Source: Saccharofermentanales bacterium (GTDB lineage: Bacteria > Bacillota > Clostridia > Saccharofermentanales > DTU023). Taken from it: DNA of 64,000 nt. Under the pieces are notes generated by a model, which did not search any database, was not told the origin of the DNA, and saw only the letters and a list, made by a program, of their open reading frames with translations. Location: positions 193,569 through 257,568 of the forward strand of contig JBMNJV010000005.1 of the NCBI GenBank assembly GCA_050951845.1. The letters run 5' to 3'. The position numbers were made by a program, and so were the translations under genes. This document shows, piece after piece, positions 48,301 to 57,822 of this stretch. Position 1 is the stretch's first letter. Every line of letters starts with the position of its first letter.

Positions 48301-51300
48301 TCTGCTCCGGCCGTTGTAGTCTCAGTAATTCCGGCAGCTTCTGTTTCTGATATCGGTTCAGTTGCAGTAGGTTCTGTTCTTTCTGTTGATTCGAACTTGG
48401 TTACAACTCTTGTTACAATGAATTCTTCATCAGCTCTCGGTACTTCTACCTCTTTGCCGATGGTTTTACCTTGTTTTTGGACAGGTAAAGTAATAGTTTT
48501 GGTTGTCCAGCACTTAAACAGTTCACCTTGTTTGTGTATAGTCAGCTCACCGTATTGCGGTTCGTTCTCTATCACAACTTCAATGATTTCATCTAAATCT
48601 TGATCGATAATATCAACTGTACTTTCTGCAACTTCGAATTCTTTTGGTTGTTTAAGATAGACGTAACCGGCAGGTGTTACCACTTCTTCGATAAGATATG
48701 TGCCCGGCTTGATTTTTAGCGGCGTTACCGTTGTACCTGCATCTTCGGTCACTACATAAAATGTCCCCGGCAGGATATCACCTTGCTGTTCAGCGGTGGT
48801 CATAAACGTGTCATACCATTGAGAACCGACTTTTTGTCTGACATATTCACCTGTTGCTTTATCCTTGATCTTAAAACCGGCCGAACTTAAGATTACTTCT
48901 TTACCGGTTACCGCATCTTTTTTCACAATACGTACAGGATATCTTGCAGGTACATTATTAATTGTATATTCGACAATTTTTTGTTCATGTTCCTGAACAT
49001 CAAACGTAAACGGTTTCTTTAACAAATCCGTTTCAATCTCGCCTTTGGTTTGTTTAATTTGGTATTTACCGTAAGCAAGCTTACCCGATCTGGCATTACC
49101 GTTGATATCGGTTACCAGTACGCATTTTTCATTCACATAATAGTCATTAATATGTTTTAAAGCTTCGTCAAATGAACCGTATTTATCTACATACTTGCAG
49201 GCAATTGCTACGAATTCCGCATCAGGTTCCACCCCTATTACTTCAGTTTCCGCCCCGTCTGTAATAACTTTTCGCAAATCAAACTGACCCAGTTTTACCT
49301 GCTCTTTTAACTCTATTTCTTCAGCAGTCAAATCGTGCAAAACTGTTAATTGTTCTTGTATACCGGTAGTTTTAATACTATAAGTAAACAGCTTATCGTT
49401 AACTAAATAACCGGTCGGTGCTTTGATTTCTTGTACTGTTAATAAGCCCAGAGGTATTGCTACCTGACCGGCTGAATTATAGTAAAAACCTTTGCCGTCT
49501 TTATCTGTCATACTGTCTATTCCTGCTTTTCCGTCTTTGCCGGTCGTAATTATCCAGATATTATCCGCCGGTCTGTCCGGGACAGCAGCATTTTTAACAC
49601 CTTTATAGAATTTCAGTTCCAATACAGCTCCCTCAAGTGAGGCAGCACCTTGCGGATACGGTTGACCGGTGGCGGAATCTGCTTTTGCTGCCAACCAATC
49701 AAAAGTTGCAGTTTGCGGCATGTTTGTCAGATTCACAATATTTACAGGTACGGCTCTTTTATTTCTGGCATCAACCTTGTACACTTTGCCGTTTAATGCA
49801 TAACCGCTGCCCTCTGTATTAAGTTCTCTCACATAATAAGTACCCGGCAATAAATCAGTTATGATATTAGATTTTCCGTTCCCGGCTAAAGTAAATATTC
49901 TCTCAACACCGTTTTTATCCTGATAACGGTTTGTGTCATTTCGAGCATCTTTTTCTGTTTTATAAAGACCAAATGTTATACCCGTAAAGTCATAGGCACT
50001 ATTACCGTCTGTAATCATCTTATCTGCAGATTTTTTTACTATTTGAATTTCCGCCGGGGTTACCGGTTCTGCTATTTTAGCAACAACATCTACAATAACG
50101 GTTGTATTCGTCATGTCAGCTCTGATCGTTCTGACAAATGTGCCGGAATTCAGTTCATAGCCTTTGGAAGCTTTGGTTTCCTTGATCCTGATCGCACCTA
50201 AAGGTATTACCGGTATACTGTTCCTTGTGTATAAAGTACCGGATATTAAGTAATCGGTATTAAATCTTACTACACCGTCCGCATCTGTTTTAAACACCCA
50301 TGTTCTGGCCGGCGTTTTGCCGGCTAAGTCAGTTGCAGTCGCATTTGCCGGATAATTACCTTTGAAATACTCTACTTTGAACTCTGCACCGGCTAAAGTA
50401 TGATCTCCTGCCGGCAGTTGAGGATTGGACTGATCGCCCGTAGTTTCATCCGTTTTTTTAAGCACGATATCCAAAGCACTATATAAAGGCTCATCTTTGA
50501 AATAAAATCTATTCACTGTTTTGTTTTGTGCTTGTAATTCGGACAAAGCTAAAACTTCTTCCTCATAGACATTGTCGTCCGGTACATAACCGCAGGAAGT
50601 TTTGGTTTCTTTGAAATAGTATATACCGGGAATTATTTCTTCTCTGTTCGACTTACCGTTACTGTCTAAGGTAAAAGTGAGCAATGGCGACTTATCGGCA
50701 ATTGCATCAGCTCTTGACCCGTACATTTTGTATTCAATATCTTTTAAAGAATATGCATTGTTATTATCTGTATAGAGAGGAATCTCCGATGCCTTTTCAA
50801 TTTCCACCGGTACAGGAACAGATTTGTTTGAAACGGTAAGCATATTAAATGTTTCGACCCTTTCCAGGGGCTCTGTTCCGTTCATCGCTTGTTTAATCTT
50901 CCGGATGAAGATTTCTTTGTTAACTATGTAGTCTTCAGGCGGTTTGGTTTCTTGGATTGTAACTGTGCCTAAAGGGATTGCGGGGTAACCTTGTGCGGTT
51001 AAATAAAAGTTATCACCTGACACTTTGTAGTTATAGGTTTGACCGTTATAGGTAAAACTTTCTTGTCCTCTTCTGAAATTTACAACTCCGTTCCCGTCAG
51101 TTCTCAGTACCCAGGTTCTGGCCGGAGTTACACCTAAAGTCCCGGGATCTACATTATCCTCATATTCTCCGTCATAAAATTTAACCGTAAATTCTGCCAA
51201 AGCTAAAAGTTCTTTTGTGTTGGCATCTTGTTTTTTCAGCAGAATAGAAATCGGATCATCCAACGGTTGATCCTTGACCTTGATTTCAGTCGTTTTACCG

Positions 51301-52826
51301 GGTTCCAAGACCGCTTTATAAATCTTTTTGTCTGACAAAAAGCCTTTCGGAGCTTTCGTTTCTTTTATATAGCAGGTACCGGCAGGCAGATTCGTTAAAA
51401 CATTGGTTGAACCGCTGAGGGTGGTAATTAATGTACCTTTGGAGTTTATACCACTGTTTGCATCAGCTTCGGTTACATAAACACCATAGGTTGCTCCGGC
51501 TAAACTATAACAGTTATTGCCGTTTGTCACAGTCGGATCGGCCGATGATTTTAAGAGTTTTAAACCTGATTCTTCCGGCACTTCGGTTGATTTTATTTGT
51601 GCTGTTTGATTAGGTTTTATTTCAACTCGGTGAACATCCGGATCAAGCTTAAAACCTTTAGATGCTTTGATTTCCTTGACATAATATGTTCCGATCGCAA
51701 TATCACTTATAATATTTGAACTGCCGTCTGACTTCGTGATAAGTAATTGTTCGACACCCTGCTCGTTTTTATAACGATTTCTGTCAGCATCGGCATCTGC
51801 TTTCGAACTATAAATAGCATACTCGGCATCAGCCAGAGAGTAATTCGAATTATTATTTGTAGCTGTGGGTTCAGAGGATACTTTCAGCAGTTTGAGTTTA
51901 CCGGTTTCTTTGATTTCTATACTGCCGGATATTGCATGTATTACTTGCATGTTAGAACCAACCGCTACCGTACTCGGTGTCTGGGGCGTGTAATAAATAT
52001 CAGCTGTGGGATTCAATAACTTAATCGTGCCTTCTTTTATTTTCGAATAAACAAATCCGTAAAAATTCAAAAAAGATTTAACTTCATTCCAGGTTGCAAA
52101 AGTTGTTACAGTTCCGCCGGTAGCCCTCACAATATCTGCATCAAATGAAAAATACCAACTGTAAAAAAATGCATTTAGCGGACTTTTCAGCCCGGACACA
52201 GTTACTACATCAGCTAAATCTTCACCCGGTCTTTCTGTTTGCCAAGCATTAATCAATTTTTGTGTCACGGCATCAGATACACCTGGTTGTTGGATTATGC
52301 CGGATAAAAAGGCAAAAGCGGCGTGATTGATCAATTGTTGTTCATTGCCGTAATAATTAATAATCTTTTCTTTTAAATACCAAACCGGATAACGTTGATT
52401 GGTATATGCGCCAAAGAATTGTCGATAATTCTCGTTATTAACTTCCGTGGAATTGAGCGTTATTCTGTCGGTATATGTCGTTCCGGCAACAATAGTCGGA
52501 TTGGCACAAAAAGCAATTTTTCCATTTATATGCATAGTGTATGTTTGCGGTGTATACAGACCGCCGTTGGTTAAAAATATTGCATCTGTACCATAAATCT
52601 GCTTCAAATCTGAAATTGCCTGATCTGTCAAATTCATAGTCAGTACACTCATCAAGTCACCGCTCGTACTCAGTGTATAACTGCCCGTACTATGATCTGC
52701 AGTTACTGCGGGTGGTGCCGCTTCCACTTGCGGGCTTGATATAACAGGAATCATACCGAGTATTATGCTTAATACCAAAAGAAGCGTTAATCGCTTGTTC
52801 TGCTTTTTCACTTTAGTTTGAGTCAT
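45348..52826 (-). CDS. giant (2492 aa) sortase-anchored surface adhesin
   Basis: - The signal peptide is MTQTKVKKQNKRLTLLLVLSIILGMIPVISSPQVEA.
- At least 13 repeats carry the G-x-Y-x-hydrophobic-K-E-x-K-A-P-x-G-Y/F signature of SpaA/Cna-B (prealbumin-fold) domains.
- An acidic T/E/G-rich linker is present.
- Two domains carry IGTTA/ISTSA ... VVFE ... HxDxxDxxQ.
- A (P-E/Q-V-P-T-E/K)n wall spacer precedes FPKTG, a hydrophobic stretch and RKRIGGFKNM. Confidence 0.9.
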   Translation of the reverse strand: MTQTKVKKQNKRLTLLLVLSIILGMIPVISSPQVEAAPPAVTADHSTGSYTLSTSGDLMSVLTMNLTDQAISDLKQIYGTDAIFLTNGGLYTPQTYTMHINGKIAFCANPTIVAGTTYTDRITLNSTEVNNENYRQFFGAYTNQRYPVWYLKEKIINYYGNEQQLINHAAFAFLSGIIQQPGVSDAVTQKLINAWQTERPGEDLADVVTVSGLKSPLNAFFYSWYFSFDADIVRATGGTVTTFATWNEVKSFLNFYGFVYSKIKEGTIKLLNPTADIYYTPQTPSTVAVGSNMQVIHAISGSIEIKETGKLKLLKVSSEPTATNNNSNYSLADAEYAIYSSKADADADRNRYKNEQGVEQLLITKSDGSSNIISDIAIGTYYVKEIKASKGFKLDPDVHRVEIKPNQTAQIKSTEVPEESGLKLLKSSADPTVTNGNNCYSLAGATYGVYVTEADANSGINSKGTLITTLSGSTNVLTNLPAGTCYIKETKAPKGFLSDKKIYKAVLEPGKTTEIKVKDQPLDDPISILLKKQDANTKELLALAEFTVKFYDGEYEDNVDPGTLGVTPARTWVLRTDGNGVVNFRRGQESFTYNGQTYNYKVSGDNFYLTAQGYPAIPLGTVTIQETKPPEDYIVNKEIFIRKIKQAMNGTEPLERVETFNMLTVSNKSVPVPVEIEKASEIPLYTDNNNAYSLKDIEYKMYGSRADAIADKSPLLTFTLDSNGKSNREEIIPGIYYFKETKTSCGYVPDDNVYEEEVLALSELQAQNKTVNRFYFKDEPLYSALDIVLKKTDETTGDQSNPQLPAGDHTLAGAEFKVEYFKGNYPANATATDLAGKTPARTWVFKTDADGVVRFNTDYLISGTLYTRNSIPVIPLGAIRIKETKASKGYELNSGTFVRTIRADMTNTTVIVDVVAKIAEPVTPAEIQIVKKSADKMITDGNSAYDFTGITFGLYKTEKDARNDTNRYQDKNGVERIFTLAGNGKSNIITDLLPGTYYVRELNTEGSGYALNGKVYKVDARNKRAVPVNIVNLTNMPQTATFDWLAAKADSATGQPYPQGAASLEGAVLELKFYKGVKNAAVPDRPADNIWIITTGKDGKAGIDSMTDKDGKGFYYNSAGQVAIPLGLLTVQEIKAPTGYLVNDKLFTYSIKTTGIQEQLTVLHDLTAEEIELKEQVKLGQFDLRKVITDGAETEVIGVEPDAEFVAIACKYVDKYGSFDEALKHINDYYVNEKCVLVTDINGNARSGKLAYGKYQIKQTKGEIETDLLKKPFTFDVQEHEQKIVEYTINNVPARYPVRIVKKDAVTGKEVILSSAGFKIKDKATGEYVRQKVGSQWYDTFMTTAEQQGDILPGTFYVVTEDAGTTVTPLKIKPGTYLIEEVVTPAGYVYLKQPKEFEVAESTVDIIDQDLDEIIEVVIENEPQYGELTIHKQGELFKCWTTKTITLPVQKQGKTIGKEVEVPRADEEFIVTRVVTKFESTERTEPTATEPISETEAAGITETTTAGAETIFESTSAEETEQGETEISKTELNEAEAGETGSDETGSGETGSDETALNETEAVETEPGETEPDGTGLNEIEPEVKPVAGLKPEPELRRKSPGVFTETLKIKTDKNGHFGQVVNEGRYTVKDRAGNIVHELEVPDGETGLLEFTLTKMVKDGTYQKGEVAEETFTYKQAVYENGYLAGAEFKLKAREDIKSYDGQTTFYKKDQFLLFAQKDILDSEGKVLYRKYQVITLPELTEEQLADKELADTKVTTERAQPIVLSRIPLGKYELKEVKAPQGYITDPEKRTFEFTPQEKQIEADLKETPLIENKRQKLDVNLKKMLLSTPYFEESGFENIVVGMYTAEEVLGLAKDSLVAVMTPDKDGKMTAKDIPQGNYYFKEISTKDGFLLNENQCFIKIETDVPATADKITVLPQPIENKPATKDVKVIKLDKFTNKPLKGIEFNLFKILADGTKRMMVNPDTGKTIFVTDENGEILIKDLPYGTYFLEEVKAADGYIKEGESRPIAVAEDSLLEIKVENEPTQVSFSKIDSKTGQPVIGATLRLLDQDGKVVRLDENGYVVKQGGREAIWVTDGTPFVIKGLGINSEYTIEELAAPKGYHQGEPVSFKVIAQKGVQLTDIPNRAYEPQISTSAFNADTKGQEAHAVKTVKIADVICYEDLIESEVYLAKASLVLRDDPSVVLATAELEFTPEFRKGHVTVDFGEIDLAECAGKQLVVFEKVFVKENGEEVASHEDVNDERQIITVLPVEIGTTAIFSNGNKQDHALTDLSVKDTVSYIGLIAGETYAVKGELVDKADPTKVIAKAETTFVAETKDGAIEITFTFDGSTLAGKDLVVFEELYYKGELIAEHKDINDEEQTVTIEEPEVPTEPEVPTEPEVPTEPEVPTEPEVPTEPQVPTEPQVPTKPEVPTKPEVPTKPQIPTKPQIPTEPTVPKTPTTPKTPAVPFDSDFPKTGELSYIWIELILLLIAVITIIFRKRIGGFKNM
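45513..45722 (-). repeat. 18-bp coding tandem repeats (PEVPTE/PQVPTK x about 11) in the adhesin wall-spanning region
   Basis: The DNA is repeated as GTCGGTAC(C/T)TCCGG(C/T)T(C/T)T, and the protein as EPEVPTEPEVPTEP... Confidence 0.9.
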
Positions 52827-52918
52827 AAACTTCTCCTTTATCTGCTAATTTGTTTTCTGACTTTTTCTACTTCTTGTTTTCCATTTTTAGAATTTCTTTA
52901 CCTGCTTTCCGGACATCA

Positions 52919-52954
52919 AAAAAGCAAGCTAAAACTTAAAATTTTAACTTGCTT
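52919..52954 (-). terminator. intrinsic terminator-like hairpin inside the adhesin 5' leader
   Basis: On the minus strand, AGCAAGTTAAAA-TTTTAAG-TTTTAGCTTGCT (12-bp stem, one mismatch) is followed by TTTTTT. It lies about 95-130 nt upstream of the adhesin ATG. Confidence 0.6.
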
Positions 52955-53191
52955 AATTGAATTGATTTAATTTGAATTTATTTTTGAAATGTTGCTTGGA
53001 TTATTAATCCAAGTACGATTTTGATTCTATATAAAAGCCTGTTGGCGGCAATCAGCTTAACCGGGCTTTACTACACCATCAATATACTTTTATTCTAAAC
53101 AACTTAATACTTGTTTAACTTCTGATATTAAACAGCTTAACTCAATTTATAGAGAATTTCAATAATTAAAATAATTTTTCGATTTAAACTG

Positions 53192-53219
53192 AAAAAAGGG
53201 AATGCCTTGTAACATTCCC
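53192..53219 (-). terminator. rho-independent terminator of rplM-rpsI
   Basis: On the minus strand, GGGAATG-TTACAAGG-CATTCCC is followed by TTTTTT. Confidence 0.8.
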
Positions 53220-53285
53220 TTCCATTTTCGGTATTGAAATTCGGATAAACCAAATTTTCGGATACAATGATTTGCAGATAACGAA

Positions 53286-53684
53286 TTAACGTTTTGAGAA
53301 TTGCGAAGCTTTACGAGCTTTCTTAAGACCGTATTTTTTACGTTCTTTAACTCTGGAATCTCTGGACAAGAAACCGTTTTTCTTGAGGGTTGCTTTATAT
53401 TCATCAGCATCTGCTTCAACCAATGCTCTTGAAATGCCGTGACGTACCGCACCGGCCTGACCGGAAACTCCGCCGCCGTGAACATTGACCTTAATATCAA
53501 ATTTCTCGCCTGAACCTGTTGCATTCAAAGGTTGCATAACAATATAACGCAAAGTTGCGATATCAAAATAATCTTCAAATTTTTTACCGTTGATTTCGAT
53601 ATTGCCTGTACCGGGGTAAAGACGAACTCTTGCTATTGCACGTTTACGACGACCGGTTCCATAATAAAAATCTTGATTTGCCAT
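53286..53684 (-). CDS. rpsI: 30S ribosomal protein S9
   Basis: It has [16 protein letters not shown]...[19 protein letters not shown]...[19 protein letters not shown]. Confidence 0.97.
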   Translation of the reverse strand: MANQDFYYGTGRRKRAIARVRLYPGTGNIEINGKKFEDYFDIATLRYIVMQPLNATGSGEKFDIKVNVHGGGVSGQAGAVRHGISRALVEADADEYKATLKKNGFLSRDSRVKERKKYGLKKARKASQFSKR

Positions 53685-53700
53685 TTAATCGCTCCTTTCG

Positions 53701-54129
53701 TTAAATTTCCCAAACCTCAGGTTTTTGTGCTTGATTATTGTGTTCAGGTCCTGCATAAACTTTTAATTTTTTCAGCATTTGACGACCTAAAGCATTTTTC
53801 GGCAACATGCCTTTAACAGCTTTTTTAATGATTCTTTCAGGATGTTTTGCTCTGACTTCAGCCAAATTAACTTCCTTCAGACCACCCGGATAACCGCTGT
53901 GTCTGCGATACACTTTAGCGTTTTCTTTATTACCGCTTACTTTAATCTTGTCTGCATTAACAACAATTACATAATCGCCTGTATCTAAAAACGGTGTGAA
54001 CTCGGGTTTATGTTTACCGCGCAAAACAGTTGCAATCTCAGTCGCAACACGACCTAATATCTGGTCTGCAACATCAATTACGTACCACTTGCGTTCAATT
54101 TCTGATGGTTTCGCAACATATGTTTTCAT
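53701..54129 (-). CDS. rplM: 50S ribosomal protein L13
   Basis: It has [20 protein letters not shown]...[22 protein letters not shown]. The ATG at 54129 follows GGGAGGAAAG. Confidence 0.97.
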   Translation of the reverse strand: MKTYVAKPSEIERKWYVIDVADQILGRVATEIATVLRGKHKPEFTPFLDTGDYVIVVNADKIKVSGNKENAKVYRRHSGYPGGLKEVNLAEVRAKHPERIIKKAVKGMLPKNALGRQMLKKLKVYAGPEHNNQAQKPEVWEI

Positions 54130-54189
54130 CAACTTTCCTCCCAATCGATATTTATTTAAATTATCATTTTACAAAAAACATGCTTTATG

Positions 54190-54218
54190 AATATACCTAA
54201 GCAATTGTGCATTGTCAA
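54190..54218 (-). promoter_or_regulatory. sigma-A-type promoter of rplM-rpsI
   Basis: On the minus strand, TTGACA (54213-54218) is followed by a 17-nt spacer and TATATT (54190-54195). Confidence 0.6.
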
Positions 54219-54303
54219 GTATTTTTCAAATTAGAGCAAGCTATCTTTGTTTTTCGTTGTTTTTCTCTATTTTACTCGTATTTTCTCTTAAGGTAATTTC
54301 AAA

Positions 54304-55818
54304 TTAAGATTCAGGTTTTTTCGGTTTGGATTTTAGAATTGTATGAACTATCAACACAATAATTACTGCAAATAACAAAATCCACATTACAAGCAAAAGA
54401 TACTGCATCTTCTTCTGTCCCAGAAGAGATAAGAAAGAGTTGTCCTCCTGAGCCGGAGATTTTTCATTCTCTCCATTGGCTGACGGTTGCTCCTTCTGCT
54501 TGTTTTGAACTTTTTGTTCCGGTTGGGCCGATTGATCTGAAGGATCAACATCGGCATTTTTCGGAGCGCCGGTCTGAGATGAATCTCCGGAGATAGTGTT
54601 CTTTTCCTGATCGGTATATTCAACTAAAGCAGCTATTTGTTCATCGGATAATTGTTCCTCTTTATAAAGTTGAGAAATATGACACAGATCCTGAAAGCCG
54701 CCAACTTCTTTCGCTATTTGAGGATTATCAGCTAAAAACTGATACGCTTCTTTTTCGGTCGGACACTCGGCTTTTTTTGCTCCCTCTTCCAACAAAGTAC
54801 GCAAAAGAACCGAAACACTGAAAAATTCTCCCGGTTGATCAGCTAAGCTTCCGTTAAAAATAATTCCGCAGAGATGTCTTCCGTCATAGGTATGAACCGT
54901 CGCAGATAAACAATTACCTGCAATATCAGTATTTCCGGTTTTCACCCCGTCAAAAGTATGTAAATATGCCGAACTCAAATTCAAATCACCATGCAACATT
55001 AAGTAATTGCTGTTTATTACCATTGTCCAGGCTGTATAAGGATGGTAACTTGTAGGCTCGGAGGCATAGGCTCTGGTCGTTACCAATTTGCGGAAAATAT
55101 CATGACTCATCGCTCTTTTGATAATTTTGACCAGATCACGCGGTGTGAAATGATGATCCTCCAAACCAAAACCCGCAGCATCAACCAAATGTGTATTCTC
55201 ACAACCGATATCGGCTGCAAGTTCATTCATCATATTGGCGAAATTTTCTTCGGTGCCGCCATAAGTTTCCGCAAGTGCTCTGGCACATTCATTAGCTGAT
55301 TGAACCATCATTAAATATAAAGCATTTTCTGTCGTGGTTTCTTCACCTGCGACAAAACCCGCTCTGGCAGAAACAGGCGAAGGCAATGCCACAGAATAGT
55401 CGGAAAATACAACAGGTTTATTCAGATCAAAATCCGGAGATTCGATAACGGTCAAAGCTGTCATAATTTTAGTCATACTGGCAGGATAGGCTACATCATC
55501 TACCCGATGCCCGAGCAAAACTTCTTCCGTTTCCATATCCGCAACGATATAATTCGATGCTGCTACCTGATCCAGAGTCGGATAAGTATGATTTTCTCTG
55601 CCGCCGGTCGGTATCCCTACAACTTTTCGCGGATAGAGCCAAGTTTGATCACCGGTAATTACTTTGATCGTTTCATCTGCCTGAATTGAAACGTCAACTT
55701 GATCAGCATTTTCTTCAGCTAAAACAGCTGGTGTAAATAATTGCATACAAAACATGGTTAGCAAAATCAAAATAAATACTTTGCTGATTTCGGGAAATAT
55801 ACATTTAAATTTTTTCAT
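54304..55818 (-). CDS. D-alanyl-D-alanine carboxypeptidase (S11, PBP5/6-like) with a long C-terminal low-complexity tail and TM anchor
   Basis: It has a signal peptide, SxxK (PASMTKIM), SxN (QSANE) and KTG (VKTGNT), followed by a Q/E/K-rich region and a terminal TM segment. Confidence 0.85.
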   Translation of the reverse strand: MKKFKCIFPEISKVFILILLTMFCMQLFTPAVLAEENADQVDVSIQADETIKVITGDQTWLYPRKVVGIPTGGRENHTYPTLDQVAASNYIVADMETEEVLLGHRVDDVAYPASMTKIMTALTVIESPDFDLNKPVVFSDYSVALPSPVSARAGFVAGEETTTENALYLMMVQSANECARALAETYGGTEENFANMMNELAADIGCENTHLVDAAGFGLEDHHFTPRDLVKIIKRAMSHDIFRKLVTTRAYASEPTSYHPYTAWTMVINSNYLMLHGDLNLSSAYLHTFDGVKTGNTDIAGNCLSATVHTYDGRHLCGIIFNGSLADQPGEFFSVSVLLRTLLEEGAKKAECPTEKEAYQFLADNPQIAKEVGGFQDLCHISQLYKEEQLSDEQIAALVEYTDQEKNTISGDSSQTGAPKNADVDPSDQSAQPEQKVQNKQKEQPSANGENEKSPAQEDNSFLSLLGQKKMQYLLLVMWILLFAVIIVLIVHTILKSKPKKPES

Positions 55819-56094
55819 AAATACCACCAAATTATTTTCAAAAATTCTGCTATTACAGAAGTCTTGGATATATAATTATTAATAAATATTTCTTTTCAGA
55901 AAATCAAATTATTCACTTTAATCTCAGATAGTATAACATAATTTTTATTCATAATGATTTTTGCTATAATCTTGTAGGTTATGAAAAGAAAACAGTTTAA
56001 CAGTCTGTAAATATCAAATCAACGATTAATATTGCAGCTACAAATTTGTAACCTATACTTATAAATGAAAGTGAATAATTGATTAAAAGAATTT

Positions 56095-57741
56095 ATGAAC
56101 AATCCAAATAAACAAATTGCTGCAGAAAAGCAAAAAACAAAATCTGAAATCGAAAGAAGACGTACTTTTGCGATTATTTCTCATCCGGATGCAGGAAAAA
56201 CTACGATGACGGAAAAGCTGTTGCTTTATGGCGGTGCAATCCATTTAGCAGGTACGGTTAAAGGTCGTAAAGCTGCCAAGCATGCAACTTCTGATTGGAT
56301 GGAGATCGAAAAACAAAGAGGTATCTCCGTATCTTCTTCTGTTTTACAGTTTGAATATAATGATTATTGTGTAAATATTTTAGATACTCCGGGACATCAG
56401 GATTTCTCGGAAGATACTTATCGAACATTATGTGCGGCCGATGCGGCTATCATGATGATTGACGGTGCCAGAGGAGTTGAAGAACAAACAATTAAATTAT
56501 TCGAAGTTTGCCGGATGCGGGGAATTCCGATTTTTACATTTATCAATAAAATGGATCGGGCTGCCCGTGATCCATTCGAATTGATGGATGAATTGGAAAA
56601 AGTCCTGGGTATTTTTGCCGTTCCGGTCAATTGGCCGATCGGTACCGATGGTGATTTTAAAGGTGTTTTTAACCGTAAATTAAATCGCATAGAAATATTT
56701 GATGATCAAAAACAAGATCATGGTGCCAGCATGGTCAAGGTTAAAGTTCAGGATCTTACGGATCCCGGTCTGGCAGAAAACATCGGTACTTATTACCATA
56801 ATAAATTAATTGAAGATATCGAATTGCTTGATATCGCAGGGGACGAATTGGAATTGGACAAAGTAGCCCAAGGTCAACAAACTCCGCTGTTTTTCGGCAG
56901 TGCTTTGACAAACTTCGGTGTGGAATTCTTTTTGCAGGAATTCTTGCAAATGGCTCCGGCACCGGTTGCCCGTCATTCCGATATCGGTGAAATAGATCCG
57001 GTTGAACATCCGTTCAGCGCATTTGTTTTCAAGATTCAAGCCAATATGAATCCGGCCCATCGTGACCGGATGTCTTTTATCCGTATCTGTTCCGGTAAAT
57101 TCGAAAAAGATATGCAAGTAAAATTGGTACGTACCGGTAAACAGATCAGGCTGGCTCAACCGCAACAATTTATGGCGCAGGACAGATCACATGTTGAATA
57201 TGCCTATGCCGGAGATATTATCGGTTTATTTGATTCCGGTCAATTTCAAATCGGTGACAGCTTAACCATTGGTCAGGATTTGGAATTTGAGGATATTCCG
57301 GTTTTTCCGCCGGAACATTTTGCCAGGGTTTCTGCCAAGGATTCGATGAAGCGTAAACAATTCCAGAAAGGAATTACCCAATTAGCCGCAGAAGGCGCGA
57401 TTCAATTGTATCAGCAACCTGATATCGGTACCGAAACTTATATCATCGGCGTGGTCGGAGTTTTGCAATTTGATGTTCTGGAGCACAGACTTAATACAGA
57501 ATATAATGTTGAATTATCCTTACAGCAAATCAATTATCATGTGGCTCGCTGGATCAGTTGGGCAGATCCGGCAAAAGCTAAACCGGCCAAAGACCTCATC
57601 ATTGCTTCAAACAATTTATTGGTTGAAGATGAACAAAACAATCCGGTAATTCTCTTTGAGTCAAAATGGGCAACCGGTTGGGTTTTACAACAAAATCCCG
57701 GATTGCAATTGAACTCAATACGAAATCAGGTAAAATTTTAA
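56095..57741 (+). CDS. prfC: peptide chain release factor 3
   Basis: RRTFAIISHPDAGKTTMTEKLLLYGGAIHLAGTVKGRK...DWMEIEKQRGISV...LDTPGHQDF matches the RF3 GTPase. Confidence 0.95.
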   Translation: MNNPNKQIAAEKQKTKSEIERRRTFAIISHPDAGKTTMTEKLLLYGGAIHLAGTVKGRKAAKHATSDWMEIEKQRGISVSSSVLQFEYNDYCVNILDTPGHQDFSEDTYRTLCAADAAIMMIDGARGVEEQTIKLFEVCRMRGIPIFTFINKMDRAARDPFELMDELEKVLGIFAVPVNWPIGTDGDFKGVFNRKLNRIEIFDDQKQDHGASMVKVKVQDLTDPGLAENIGTYYHNKLIEDIELLDIAGDELELDKVAQGQQTPLFFGSALTNFGVEFFLQEFLQMAPAPVARHSDIGEIDPVEHPFSAFVFKIQANMNPAHRDRMSFIRICSGKFEKDMQVKLVRTGKQIRLAQPQQFMAQDRSHVEYAYAGDIIGLFDSGQFQIGDSLTIGQDLEFEDIPVFPPEHFARVSAKDSMKRKQFQKGITQLAAEGAIQLYQQPDIGTETYIIGVVGVLQFDVLEHRLNTEYNVELSLQQINYHVARWISWADPAKAKPAKDLIIASNNLLVEDEQNNPVILFESKWATGWVLQQNPGLQLNSIRNQVKF

Positions 57742-57822
57742 GAAAAAATCATAGACGTAGTTGTAGTTACAAAATCAGATAAATATCCTGGATTCAAAAA
57801 ATCACGTACTGAATTTCGGATT

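Noticed and set aside
52827-53191. c-di-GMP (GEMM-I/II) riboswitch in the adhesin leader, as seen for some clostridial adhesins.
   Set aside because: I could not find the conserved GEMM-I (GCAAA...GGGACGCAAAGCC...) or class II (ACCGAC/GCAC pseudoknot) elements by eye. This needs cmscan before any claim.
53159-53524. 121-aa minus-strand ORF overlapping rpsI out of frame.
   Set aside because: It overlaps the unmistakable S9 coding sequence and its terminator, and shows no protein-like features.
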